A stretch of 27,518 nt of DNA. It comes from a virus. Its lineage: Duplodnaviria > Caudoviricetes. Both the position numbers and the translations under genes were made by a program. Numbering within the stretch: position 1 is the stretch's first letter; each line of letters opens with the position of its first letter. The notes beneath the pieces are model-generated. The model worked only from the letters and a program-made list of their open reading frames with translations. It made no database searches and was not told the DNA's origin. The stretch covers positions 1 to 27,518 of the IMG/VR virus record IMGVR_UViG_3300030095_004360; one strand, written 5' to 3'. Of this stretch, positions 18,234 to 26,031 are shown piece by piece.

Positions 18234-18887
18234 TTATGGTGACGGTGAAGGTATTTTAATTCGAGGAACTCCACTGTCGTATTCTCCTCTTCTTCGTCTA
18301 CCCATTTGTTGTAGACCAAAAGCTTGTATGCTTTGATTATACCTGTCAGAATACAATTTGTATAGATCTTCAGGTCCTTTTAAAAATGAAAAAGCTTCTT
18401 TCAACACTCCATATAAGAGCATCGCCTCATGATGCTGGGATAGATATGTATTTGTAGAGCTATCAAAATGTGGTGGGTCTTTGATATAGTTAATTTGTAT
18501 ATCAAAAGCTGCATTAGGAGTTGGTGCTAGTAATATATTTGTTTCGTCCCAGTTAGCATAATATTTTGGTGTTCCTGTTACTGTATCGTTTGGTGAAAAT
18601 TCAGATATAAAACTAGTATCTCTTTTTTCTAAAAAGTCCCTTACATTAGAACTAATAATTTGAACAGATCTTAATGTTAATGCATCAGCAGGCATAGAAA
18701 CATACCTGTTTCCGCTTGTTGTTTGAGAGTTTGCATATTTTCTCAAATCATCGTAATCAACTTGACCAGCTATATCTAATTCTGTGTTTCTTATAAACTG
18801 ATCTAACAGAGTATCACTTAATACATTACTATCTACTTCTGTGTAGTTTCTTACTTGAGTTAAAAATGCTGAATATGTTATTGCCAT
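18234..18887 (-). CDS. Head-tail adaptor / tail tubular A-like protein
   Basis: TYSAFLTQVRNY...FIRNTE...GTPKYYA...LAPTP...LLYG pattern of dodecameric adaptor proteins. Confidence 0.7.
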   Translation of the reverse strand: MAITYSAFLTQVRNYTEVDSNVLSDTLLDQFIRNTELDIAGQVDYDDLRKYANSQTTSGNRYVSMPADALTLRSVQIISSNVRDFLEKRDTSFISEFSPNDTVTGTPKYYANWDETNILLAPTPNAAFDIQINYIKDPPHFDSSTNTYLSQHHEAMLLYGVLKEAFSFLKGPEDLYKLYSDRYNQSIQAFGLQQMGRRRRGEYDSGVPRIKIPSPSP

Positions 18888-19327
18888 TATGATATACTCA
18901 CTGTTACAGATCCTACTAGAGCTGAAGCTTCTCTTCTTCTATTCTGTAAAGAAGGATCTCTTGGTTGCATAGTTTGTAAGGATGTTGTTATCCCATTGCT
19001 AGTAACTTCTGTTTCAAAAGTCTCAAAAGCAAAGTCTCCAGGTAAAGTTAAATTAGCAACTCCTACAGAAGTGCCTCCTGAATCAGCTAATGTAACATCG
19101 TTAGAAGCCACAGTTTTAGGTTGTTGAAATCTTTGTGGTCTTACCTTTTGTAAGGCAATCGCATCTGCAACTGTTCTCTTTCTTCTTATTTGTGGATGCT
19201 TTTCTTCAAATTCAGATATGTGTACAAAAGAACCATTCCATTCTGTAACCATTTCTTGATAAGGAAAAGCTTGGCCACTTCTATCAGATATTGCTTGTGA
19301 TCTAGTACCGTTTGCGTATTTAGCCAT
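18887..19327 (-). CDS. Conserved phage protein (SDRSG...EKHPQ)
   Basis: TAATG-coupled between two adaptor genes; N-terminal AISDRSG...VHISEFEEKHPQ. Confidence 0.65.
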   Translation of the reverse strand: MAKYANGTRSQAISDRSGQAFPYQEMVTEWNGSFVHISEFEEKHPQIRRKRTVADAIALQKVRPQRFQQPKTVASNDVTLADSGGTSVGVANLTLPGDFAFETFETEVTSNGITTSLQTMQPRDPSLQNRRREASALVGSVTVSIS

Positions 19328-20025
19328 TATGATAAATTTGGATAGTACGATTGTGGAGATACATACAATGATGTTCTCTGTCCATCTTCTTCCAAAGCCC
19401 TTTTTAGTTCATCCTCATAAATTAATTTCATAGGTTGTATTCTGTCAGGTGCTTTTTTCATAGCTAAGTAATAAGCAAGACCTGCACACATACATGGTAA
19501 AAATCTATATGCTACATCTGCTTGTTGATCATTATAAGCTGTAGCATCTTCAATTCTGTTTATAGTATAAAATTTTAAAGTTGTGTAAGTTGAAGCATCA
19601 GGCGCAACATACAAACTTATTTTTGGAGTTGTTTGTCTATCTACATAATACTGTGAGGGTTGACCTGTAGCTAATTTATTTGGCAAAGCTGAATAAGCAG
19701 ATCTATCTATTTTTGTAAGCGCTACATCTTGCGTATTAGCATTATCACCTGCAGCAGCCGTAGTAGAAATATAGGCTTCTAAAACATCATTTACATTTGC
19801 AGCAACTGTGTATGTTGCGGTTCCAGCAGTAAGTGCTTGTTCATTTAATTCAACTTTCCATAAATGGATACCTCTATTACCCCAATCAGCAAATAATAAA
19901 TTTAAAGATCTTCTTGCTGTTTTCAAATCATAACCAGCCATTGGTCTTAAACCACATCTTTCGTATCCTTCGTCTATTACCTCGTCAATGTTTAAATTAA
20001 ATGCTGTTGATCCTGATGTTGCCAT
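19327..20025 (-). CDS. Head-tail adaptor / head completion protein
   Basis: MATSGSTAFNL...IDEGYERCG...ARRSLNLLFADWGNRG...GQPSQYY...GLAYYLA pattern of portal-binding adaptor proteins. Confidence 0.72.
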   Translation of the reverse strand: MATSGSTAFNLNIDEVIDEGYERCGLRPMAGYDLKTARRSLNLLFADWGNRGIHLWKVELNEQALTAGTATYTVAANVNDVLEAYISTTAAAGDNANTQDVALTKIDRSAYSALPNKLATGQPSQYYVDRQTTPKISLYVAPDASTYTTLKFYTINRIEDATAYNDQQADVAYRFLPCMCAGLAYYLAMKKAPDRIQPMKLIYEDELKRALEEDGQRTSLYVSPQSYYPNLS

Positions 20026-20027
20026 AA

Positions 20028-20612
20028 TTAAAACCTCTTTTTAATTCCTATTCTAGCTCTACCTTTTGATGATATTCCAAGATCTAGCTCTACATTGTTT
20101 TTATAAATTTTATTATAATTTAAGTTTGGATCAATAGTAACTTTTGTATCTTCAACCGCAGTTATAATATTATCTCCATATTTTGTTTTAGGCATATCAA
20201 AAGTAAACAAATTAACTTTGTACTTTCCTTTACCACTTGGTATTTTTATATCTCCCCCTTGATCTCTCTTTAAAATTGTTTTTACATTTGTAGGTTTACC
20301 ACCTACTCCTTGAGCCTTAGCTCTTTTTCTTACAACGGCACTCCTCCTTTGAGAGTCTGTCATGCTTGCTGCTTTTGCAGCAGGCACGCACTTTGGATAT
20401 TTTCGTTTTGATGAACTCGCAGATTTTCTTCCACATTCTCTAAATCCTCCACCTTTTTTCTTTGATCCTATGTCTACCCATTTTTGAGCAAACCAATCTT
20501 TTAAACCACCTTTTTTCATTCCTGCTGGAACACAATTTGGAACCATTTTATTTCCTTTTTTCTTCATTCCTTTTTGTTCGTATCCTACCCAGCAAGTACC
20601 TCTTTTAGACAT
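20028..20612 (-). CDS. Modular basic protein (CWxGY...VPNCVP, GLKDWF...YPKCVP, beta-rich C-terminal domain)
   Basis: The track start at 20615 is TTG; the ATG at 20612 is more likely. Lys/Cys-rich motifs recur in marine phage head-region proteins. Confidence 0.7.
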   Translation of the reverse strand: MSKRGTCWVGYEQKGMKKKGNKMVPNCVPAGMKKGGLKDWFAQKWVDIGSKKKGGGFRECGRKSASSSKRKYPKCVPAAKAASMTDSQRRSAVVRKRAKAQGVGGKPTNVKTILKRDQGGDIKIPSGKGKYKVNLFTFDMPKTKYGDNIITAVEDTKVTIDPNLNYNKIYKNNVELDLGISSKGRARIGIKKRF

Positions 20613-20994
20613 CAATCATTCCTTTGTAATAAGACTCGAGAGACTTATTAGAAATTGTCTTTCCACCTACTTCACTTTTAATGTATGAACCTATGTACTT
20701 ACCATCGCTAGCTTTTACAGTGCTTAAAACTTTTGCTTGTGCGGCATGTAGTTTAGATGCTTTTCTCAAAGCTCCAGCAACTTTATTTACTTTTACCTGA
20801 TCACCTTTAGCATACTTCATCATACCACCCTTCATAGCAGGTTTTGGACCTCTAAAATCTTTTCTTTTTTTACCAGAAGGATCTTTTATTTTACCTGCAC
20901 AAATTTTAGATGCGTAGGCATTTGCATATGCGCTTGGATAAACGGCAAATTTTCGCTTCGCTGCTGCTTTTCCTCTCGGACAAAGTTTTGTCAT
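20605..20994 (-). CDS. Basic protein with YPSAYAN motif (DUF5872-like)
   Basis: LCPRGKAAAKRKFAVYPSAYANAYASKIC; AAGGAG SD upstream. Confidence 0.7.
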   Translation of the reverse strand: MTKLCPRGKAAAKRKFAVYPSAYANAYASKICAGKIKDPSGKKRKDFRGPKPAMKGGMMKYAKGDQVKVNKVAGALRKASKLHAAQAKVLSTVKASDGKYIGSYIKSEVGGKTISNKSLESYYKGMIDV

Positions 20995-20997
20995 TAT

Positions 20998-21171
20998 TTA
21001 CTCCTTAATTTCTTGTGCGGCCGCATTGGAAGAGATATTCTTCTCCTTTTTACGGTTGTACAACTTTTTTGATTGTATCACTTTCGATCGAAATGATCTA
21101 GACCTTACGAGTTTTGCGATTGGATTTACGTTTGATGGCTGCAATAACTCTTCTTTTTTTCTTTTTTTCAT
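20998..21171 (-). CDS. Small basic protein (NPIAK...KKLYNRK), 57 aa
   Basis: Not in track. MKKRKKEELLQPSNVNPIAKLVRSRSFRSKVIQSKKLYNRKKEKNISSNAAAQEIKE*; motif common in phage small basic proteins. Confidence 0.65.
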   Translation of the reverse strand: MKKRKKEELLQPSNVNPIAKLVRSRSFRSKVIQSKKLYNRKKEKNISSNAAAQEIKE

Positions 21172-21232
21172 CTCTAGCCCCTCTTAGTTTGCCGTCTATT
21201 TGAGCTGGAATTGATCCTCTACCTATTGCCAT
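21098..21232 (-). CDS. Small basic peptide, 44 aa
   Basis: Not in track. MAIGRGSIPAQIDGKLRGARDEKKKKRRVIAAIKRKSNRKTRKV*; starts 1 nt after the endolysin stop. Confidence 0.6.
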   Translation of the reverse strand: MAIGRGSIPAQIDGKLRGARDEKKKKRRVIAAIKRKSNRKTRKV

Positions 21233-21233
21233 A

Positions 21234-21704
21234 TTATTCTAACCATGGTGTATATGAAACCTTACCATCTATTCTTTGAGCACGCAACGATTGATTTCTA
21301 TTTTGATCTGTAGAATAACTACAGTGTATCCATCCAGATGTCGGTTCGTTATCTTTGTAAAATTCTAAGATGAGCTGGTCATATTCCAACTGTGATTTGA
21401 TATAAAGAGCTAGCTCTCTATTATCTACACCAGGTATTTCAAAGTCTGCTGCAGCTGCATTATCGTCTGCCACATGTTGGCTGTTCACACTGCTACCAAT
21501 TTCTACACACAGCTGAGCACAACGAAATCCGCTGGATATTATTAGTGGTTTGCTATAATGCGAACGTATCGGTTGTAATATATTTACTGCAAGAGCTTTT
21601 AAATTTTCTATTTGTTCTGGTGATGGATTGTTATTGATGCCCTTACGTTCAGCCGTTTGGCTTTTGGTAAGCTCGTCAAGAGTTATGTTAGCTGTAAGTT
21701 TCAT
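21234..21704 (-). CDS. Peptidase M15 (D-Ala-D-Ala carboxypeptidase-like) endolysin
   Basis: ISSGFR...SQH...AADF...WIHCSY supply the Zn ligands H, D and H. Confidence 0.9.
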   Translation of the reverse strand: MKLTANITLDELTKSQTAERKGINNNPSPEQIENLKALAVNILQPIRSHYSKPLIISSGFRCAQLCVEIGSSVNSQHVADDNAAAADFEIPGVDNRELALYIKSQLEYDQLILEFYKDNEPTSGWIHCSYSTDQNRNQSLRAQRIDGKVSYTPWLE

Positions 21705-22312
21705 TTAAAATTGTAGGCAGATTCATTAATACCAAATTCTCCTTTTGGCAAGCAATTAAATGCTAAAGAGTATCTTATTTTATCAGTTTTGTTTTCTACT
21801 ATCATATGTCTTAAGTTACTAAAAAAAATAAATAATTGATTCTTCTTTGGTATTATATCAAGTTCGTGTGCATTATATAGACTATGTGTATTAATTTTTC
21901 CGTTAAAACTGCTTAAAAAATCGTTAAAAAACCTTATTTGAAAACAATTATTTTCTTCAGGGTAAAAAACTCCACTTAACCAAGCGTTTGGATGTCTGTG
22001 AGCAGAGCTTTCATGATTTTTATAAGTTTTAGTAATCCATGAATTATAAATGTGTACTTCATTCTCTTGAATTCCAATTACTTCATTTAATAAATGTACA
22101 AAAGCATCATCTATTTCTTTTTTGAGATTTGTAAATTTAGAAAGAATATTTTTATCTACAGATAATTGTGGTAAATTTCTATCACCATCTTTTACATCTT
22201 TTAAAGAATAAAATTTTTCTTTTGAAAAAAAGTCTATTAAATTGTCTTCAACATCCAAATCATAGATAAAAACACCATTATGAACAATAGGAATATGTGA
22301 ATTTAGTTTCAT
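21701..22312 (-). CDS. 2OG-Fe(II) oxygenase family protein (TIGR02466-like)
   Basis: SWIT...HRHPNAWLSGVFY...FFSNLRH...RYSLAFN. Confidence 0.88.
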   Translation of the reverse strand: MKLNSHIPIVHNGVFIYDLDVEDNLIDFFSKEKFYSLKDVKDGDRNLPQLSVDKNILSKFTNLKKEIDDAFVHLLNEVIGIQENEVHIYNSWITKTYKNHESSAHRHPNAWLSGVFYPEENNCFQIRFFNDFLSSFNGKINTHSLYNAHELDIIPKKNQLFIFFSNLRHMIVENKTDKIRYSLAFNCLPKGEFGINESAYNFK

Positions 22313-22956
22313 TTTTTCTTTTCTTCAATTTCATAGAAAAATTTATCTGTATCTTCAGTTCTCCATTTACTTGTATCCTCAACATTCCACTCATTTGTTT
22401 GTACTTTCCAATCTGGAATATTATCTTTTACAGTGAAAGATGGAATATCCCAAATTAATCTATTGTTTGGTTGAGCAGCATAATTACCATCATCTAAAGC
22501 TAAAACGTGAGCACATTTATGTTCGTGTGGTATTTCAGAATGATCAGTATCTAAAATATTTGGATCAGGGTGAGCAAAATCAATAGTAAATAAATATTTA
22601 CCATGGTGCCATTTTTTATCCTTTCCTATATATTTACCAGCTTGTGATTCTAGTATGTCCCAAGAATGAACAGCAGGATAATAACTAAAACAGTTCCATA
22701 AAACCAACTCGTCAAGCCTACGTTTAGGAACATCATTCGGTTTAAAGCCTCTTTGAATGAATGCAGATATTGGTAAACGATAGTAGACAGCTCCATTTTC
22801 CATAATACAATGAAAAAGTGGACTACGCCCCGTAATAGCCGATATGCCGAAAATAATACAGTCTTCAACTTCTCCATGATGTTTTTTAAGATCATATAAA
22901 TACTCCCTTCTAATTTGTGCGTATTCTACAGGTATATTTGCATTTAAGTAAGCCAT
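22309..22956 (-). CDS. Conserved marine phage protein of unknown function
   Basis: YLNANIP...IRREYLYD...YRLPISAF...YLFTIDF...EHKCAH...AAQPNNR; well-formed and coupled to its neighbours. Confidence 0.75.
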   Translation of the reverse strand: MAYLNANIPVEYAQIRREYLYDLKKHHGEVEDCIIFGISAITGRSPLFHCIMENGAVYYRLPISAFIQRGFKPNDVPKRRLDELVLWNCFSYYPAVHSWDILESQAGKYIGKDKKWHHGKYLFTIDFAHPDPNILDTDHSEIPHEHKCAHVLALDDGNYAAQPNNRLIWDIPSFTVKDNIPDWKVQTNEWNVEDTSKWRTEDTDKFFYEIEEKKK

Positions 22957-24548
22957 AATAATTTATTCTCATCACACAAATAACAATATTTTAATGAACT
23001 ATTCTTCATCATAAAATATAAATCATTTGTGTCCTCACATAATACTCTACCTGGTAAGTTAAGTGAAGTGTTAAGAACAGCAGGTAAACCTGTTAATTTT
23101 TTAAAAGCATTAATTAAATCATAATACTTAGGGTTAAATTGTCTCTCTAAAGTTTGAATTCTACTATAATTATCTACTGAACATACATTTTTTAATCTTT
23201 TATCCTTACATTTATAAACAAACATCATATAAGGAGATGTTATATTTTCTTTTATCTCAAATAAACCAGAAGCCTCTTCTTTTAAAACAGTGCAAGCAAA
23301 CGGTCTATACCATTCTCTTTTTTTAATAGAGTTAATTTTATTTAATATTTTATCATCTAAAGGATTACCTAATAAAGACCTAAATCCTAATCCTCTTTGT
23401 CCTTGTTCTGATTTACCACTAAATATAGCTATTGGCTCATTAACCAATATCTCTGCTACCTCCTCTGGAGTAACATTTTCACTTTCAAAATTATGTAAAG
23501 ATATAATTGGATCAAAACCTGAACAAATATGTTTTAACGGTTTTACTTTGACATTTGTGTAATGGAGAGCTGCACCTAATGATATTCCAAAATCACCGTT
23601 GAAAGGATCAGCTAAAATATCTTTATTTAATTCATTTTTTAAAAAACTATTGTTTAAAACATTTTGAGCACAACCACCAGATAGAACTAAAAGTTCATAT
23701 TTCTTATTTATTTTTTGTACTTTTTGTAAAAATAAAAGCTGAAAAACAATTTGAAAAGTTTTAGCAAAATCTAATGATTTTGAATCTCTCGCTGTGTGAT
23801 TTACACTTGGATTAAGCATATATCTATTAAAGTGATTTGTGGGTTCGTAACTTTCTTCAATATTACTCATCCAATTCAAATTCCAATTATTATCGAAAAC
23901 CAATTTATTGGCAATGTCATTACTAAACTTACCATATGAAGATAAAGCCATAGCTTTTCCCTCTTCATGCGAATCAAGTCCTAATTCATATACTAATTTT
24001 TGATAAGCCTTACCTAATGAAAGATTTCTTGTAATAGAAAATTTGTCGGTAATTAATTTTATCTGTCTGTCTGTAACATAATATTTATATAAAGGCTCTA
24101 TATTCTCATCATAAACACTTTCACATTCCGTGCCCGTAACTCCATTTAAAAATTGATTATCATTGTTTTGTAAAACTTTATGTCCTCCGTCTCCGTCTGA
24201 AATAAAATAGACAGCGTTTTTTGGATAATTAAAAAAATGCCTCGCACATTTTGCATGAAATAAGTGATGTTCGTTTTGAAAAACTCCAATAACTTTTGAA
24301 GAATCAATATTTAAATATTTTTTAAGGTAATATACCATAGGTATATATTTACCTGCGCTCATAGAAGTTATTATTACTTTATCAAATTTTATATTTAAAT
24401 TTTTTATTTTGTCAAAAATATTTATAGTTGGGTAAAAATGATTTTTAAGTCCATTAAATCTTTCTAACTGATGATGTACAACTATTTGATCTCCTTCTAA
24501 AATAGTCACACTTCCATCATGTCCCATGTGGAATGCCAATATATTCAT
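22944..24548 (-). CDS. Carbamoyltransferase (NodU/CmcH/TobZ family)
   Basis: HD, ERF, HHLFHA, DGDG, EGKAMAL, SGGCAQN, DFGISLGAA, KREWYRPFA, RIQT and LNTSLN; both Kae1-like and YrdC-like domains are present. Confidence 0.9.
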   Translation of the reverse strand: MNILAFHMGHDGSVTILEGDQIVVHHQLERFNGLKNHFYPTINIFDKIKNLNIKFDKVIITSMSAGKYIPMVYYLKKYLNIDSSKVIGVFQNEHHLFHAKCARHFFNYPKNAVYFISDGDGGHKVLQNNDNQFLNGVTGTECESVYDENIEPLYKYYVTDRQIKLITDKFSITRNLSLGKAYQKLVYELGLDSHEEGKAMALSSYGKFSNDIANKLVFDNNWNLNWMSNIEESYEPTNHFNRYMLNPSVNHTARDSKSLDFAKTFQIVFQLLFLQKVQKINKKYELLVLSGGCAQNVLNNSFLKNELNKDILADPFNGDFGISLGAALHYTNVKVKPLKHICSGFDPIISLHNFESENVTPEEVAEILVNEPIAIFSGKSEQGQRGLGFRSLLGNPLDDKILNKINSIKKREWYRPFACTVLKEEASGLFEIKENITSPYMMFVYKCKDKRLKNVCSVDNYSRIQTLERQFNPKYYDLINAFKKLTGLPAVLNTSLNLPGRVLCEDTNDLYFMMKNSSLKYCYLCDENKLLWLT

Positions 24549-24554
24549 GTATAA

Positions 24555-24764
24555 TTATTCTATTATACTTAAAATCTTCTTTCGATCCATATATATTTCA
24601 GTCTTAGCTTTTACCTTTTTACAAGTAAATACAACTCGTTCTGGATTTACCTCGTTCTGAGCTAGGCGTTTAGATTTTAAACAATCGCTTAACGAAGTTT
24701 TATACGTGTGTTCTATCATAGAACCGTTTAAAGTTAGGATAAGTGCAAATACAGTTTCTAACAT
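24555..24764 (-). CDS. Small exported/membrane protein with a Cys pair
   Basis: Hydrophobic N-terminus VFALILTL and two Cys; TAATG coupling. Confidence 0.6.
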   Translation of the reverse strand: MLETVFALILTLNGSMIEHTYKTSLSDCLKSKRLAQNEVNPERVVFTCKKVKAKTEIYMDRKKILSIIE

Positions 24765-25147
24765 TAATGACCATTTCCGTTTCTAATTAACTTTTCTACA
24801 TCTTCAGTCAATTTCTCAGTTCTTTTTTTTAAAAATTCTATGTTAACAGCATTATTTCTCATACTCTTAATTTCTGCTTCTACATCCTCTAGTAAACCAC
24901 TAACGTGTTCTACAATCATAAAAAGTTCTGCCTCTCCCGCTGATTGACCTAACTCACCTCTTGGATATTTAATTCTAAACTCTGAGTTTTGTTCTAGATC
25001 TTTTTGCATTAACTCTATTTTCGTAGCATGGTTATTGAGCGTTTCGTGCAAACCAAAATATGCCCACACACCAACAGCAACACCTGCTGCAATCGATAAA
25101 ATCGTCTTAAGATCCGTGCTTACTTTTGTTCCTTCGTTTAACTTCAT
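24764..25147 (-). CDS. Single-TM coiled-coil protein (lysis accessory candidate)
   Basis: ILSIAAGVAVGVWAYFGL TM segment followed by heptad-like helices. Confidence 0.6.
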   Translation of the reverse strand: MKLNEGTKVSTDLKTILSIAAGVAVGVWAYFGLHETLNNHATKIELMQKDLEQNSEFRIKYPRGELGQSAGEAELFMIVEHVSGLLEDVEAEIKSMRNNAVNIEFLKKRTEKLTEDVEKLIRNGNGH

Positions 25148-25632
25148 TTTGGCATTGCTCCTTCAAAGATAACTACATCTGGATTATCTTTTAAGTATTG
25201 TATCTTTAAATTATCCCAATGGCTACCTTCTGGTTTCTTATCAATAAATCTTACAACTCCTAATTTATTACACATGTTAAATAATTCAGCAAATTCTACA
25301 GGTGGTGGGTCTATATTAGGTATTCTTTTACACTCTTTTATAAGCTCAAGTTGAGTTTTTAGTTTATTTTTCTTTTGCATCTCTGCAATATATTCATCAT
25401 CACATACAGCACCTAAAGGCATACGAAATCTAAAACCTAATGTTTGGTTTTGAGTTTCAGCACTAGATCCTGATTTATATTCATGTTGTCTAAGTTCTGT
25501 ATAAGTTTCCCAGCTACCTCTTTCACAAGTATTGTAATCATTTAAATATTCATTTCTTGCTTGCACGTAAGTTGCAACGCAAAGAAAGAATGCGATCCAT
25601 AATAGATTATCTCGTAAGGTCTTTAAGGTCAT
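25144..25632 (-). CDS. Signal-peptide-bearing protein
   Basis: LLWIAFFLCVATYVQA with probable cleavage after VQA; four Cys in the mature part. Confidence 0.6.
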   Translation of the reverse strand: MTLKTLRDNLLWIAFFLCVATYVQARNEYLNDYNTCERGSWETYTELRQHEYKSGSSAETQNQTLGFRFRMPLGAVCDDEYIAEMQKKNKLKTQLELIKECKRIPNIDPPPVEFAELFNMCNKLGVVRFIDKKPEGSHWDNLKIQYLKDNPDVVIFEGAMPK

Positions 25633-25918
25633 AGGTGTGATCCCTTACTGTGTCTGCTAGTTGTCTATATAAATTTTCTGCCATTGTCCATGTAGCTTCA
25701 GCTGCGGACAGTCTTTGTTTAAGGTCATTAATATCTGCTATGGAGCTATTCAACTTTGACTCCATCTTAATAATAGTTTCTTGGTTTGCCGTAATAGTAT
25801 CTGTCAAAGATAATACATATCTTACAGATGTAAATGTTCCTGCTATAATTGCAGCCACAACAGGAACAATTACAATATTTTTTTTAAACCATTCTAATTT
25901 ACTTCTTGGTTTTTTCAT
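25607..25918 (-). CDS. Single-TM coiled-coil protein (holin/i-spanin-like topology)
   Basis: Basic N-terminus, IVIVPVVAAIIAGTFTSV TM segment and a long coiled coil. Confidence 0.6.
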   Translation of the reverse strand: MKKPRSKLEWFKKNIVIVPVVAAIIAGTFTSVRYVLSLTDTITANQETIIKMESKLNSSIADINDLKQRLSAAEATWTMAENLYRQLADTVRDHTYDLKDLTR

Positions 25919-26031
25919 TACTTATAAAATCCTTTGAATACCCAGTTTACCCATTTGCTCCATAAAGACTTAACTTTGTTCCAAATAGTTCTGACTACCC
26001 ACAAAATTTGTTGTTTAATTTTTTCTAACAT
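25918..26031 (-). CDS. Cationic amphipathic Trp-rich peptide, 37 aa
   Basis: Not in track. MLEKIKQQILWVVRTIWNKVKSLWSKWVNWVFKGFYK*; AAGGAG SD 6 nt upstream; TAATG coupling to the next gene. Confidence 0.75.
   Translation of the reverse strand: MLEKIKQQILWVVRTIWNKVKSLWSKWVNWVFKGFYK

Noticed and set aside
22650-22895. 81-aa hydrophobic nested ORF (possible embedded spanin/holin)
   Set aside because: Fully inside a conserved gene with no lipobox; hydrophobicity is expected from an AT-rich off-frame reading. Not strictly excluded.
24562-24567. TATAAT upstream of the carbamoyltransferase
   Set aside because: No TG extension and a poor -35; lies within coding sequence.
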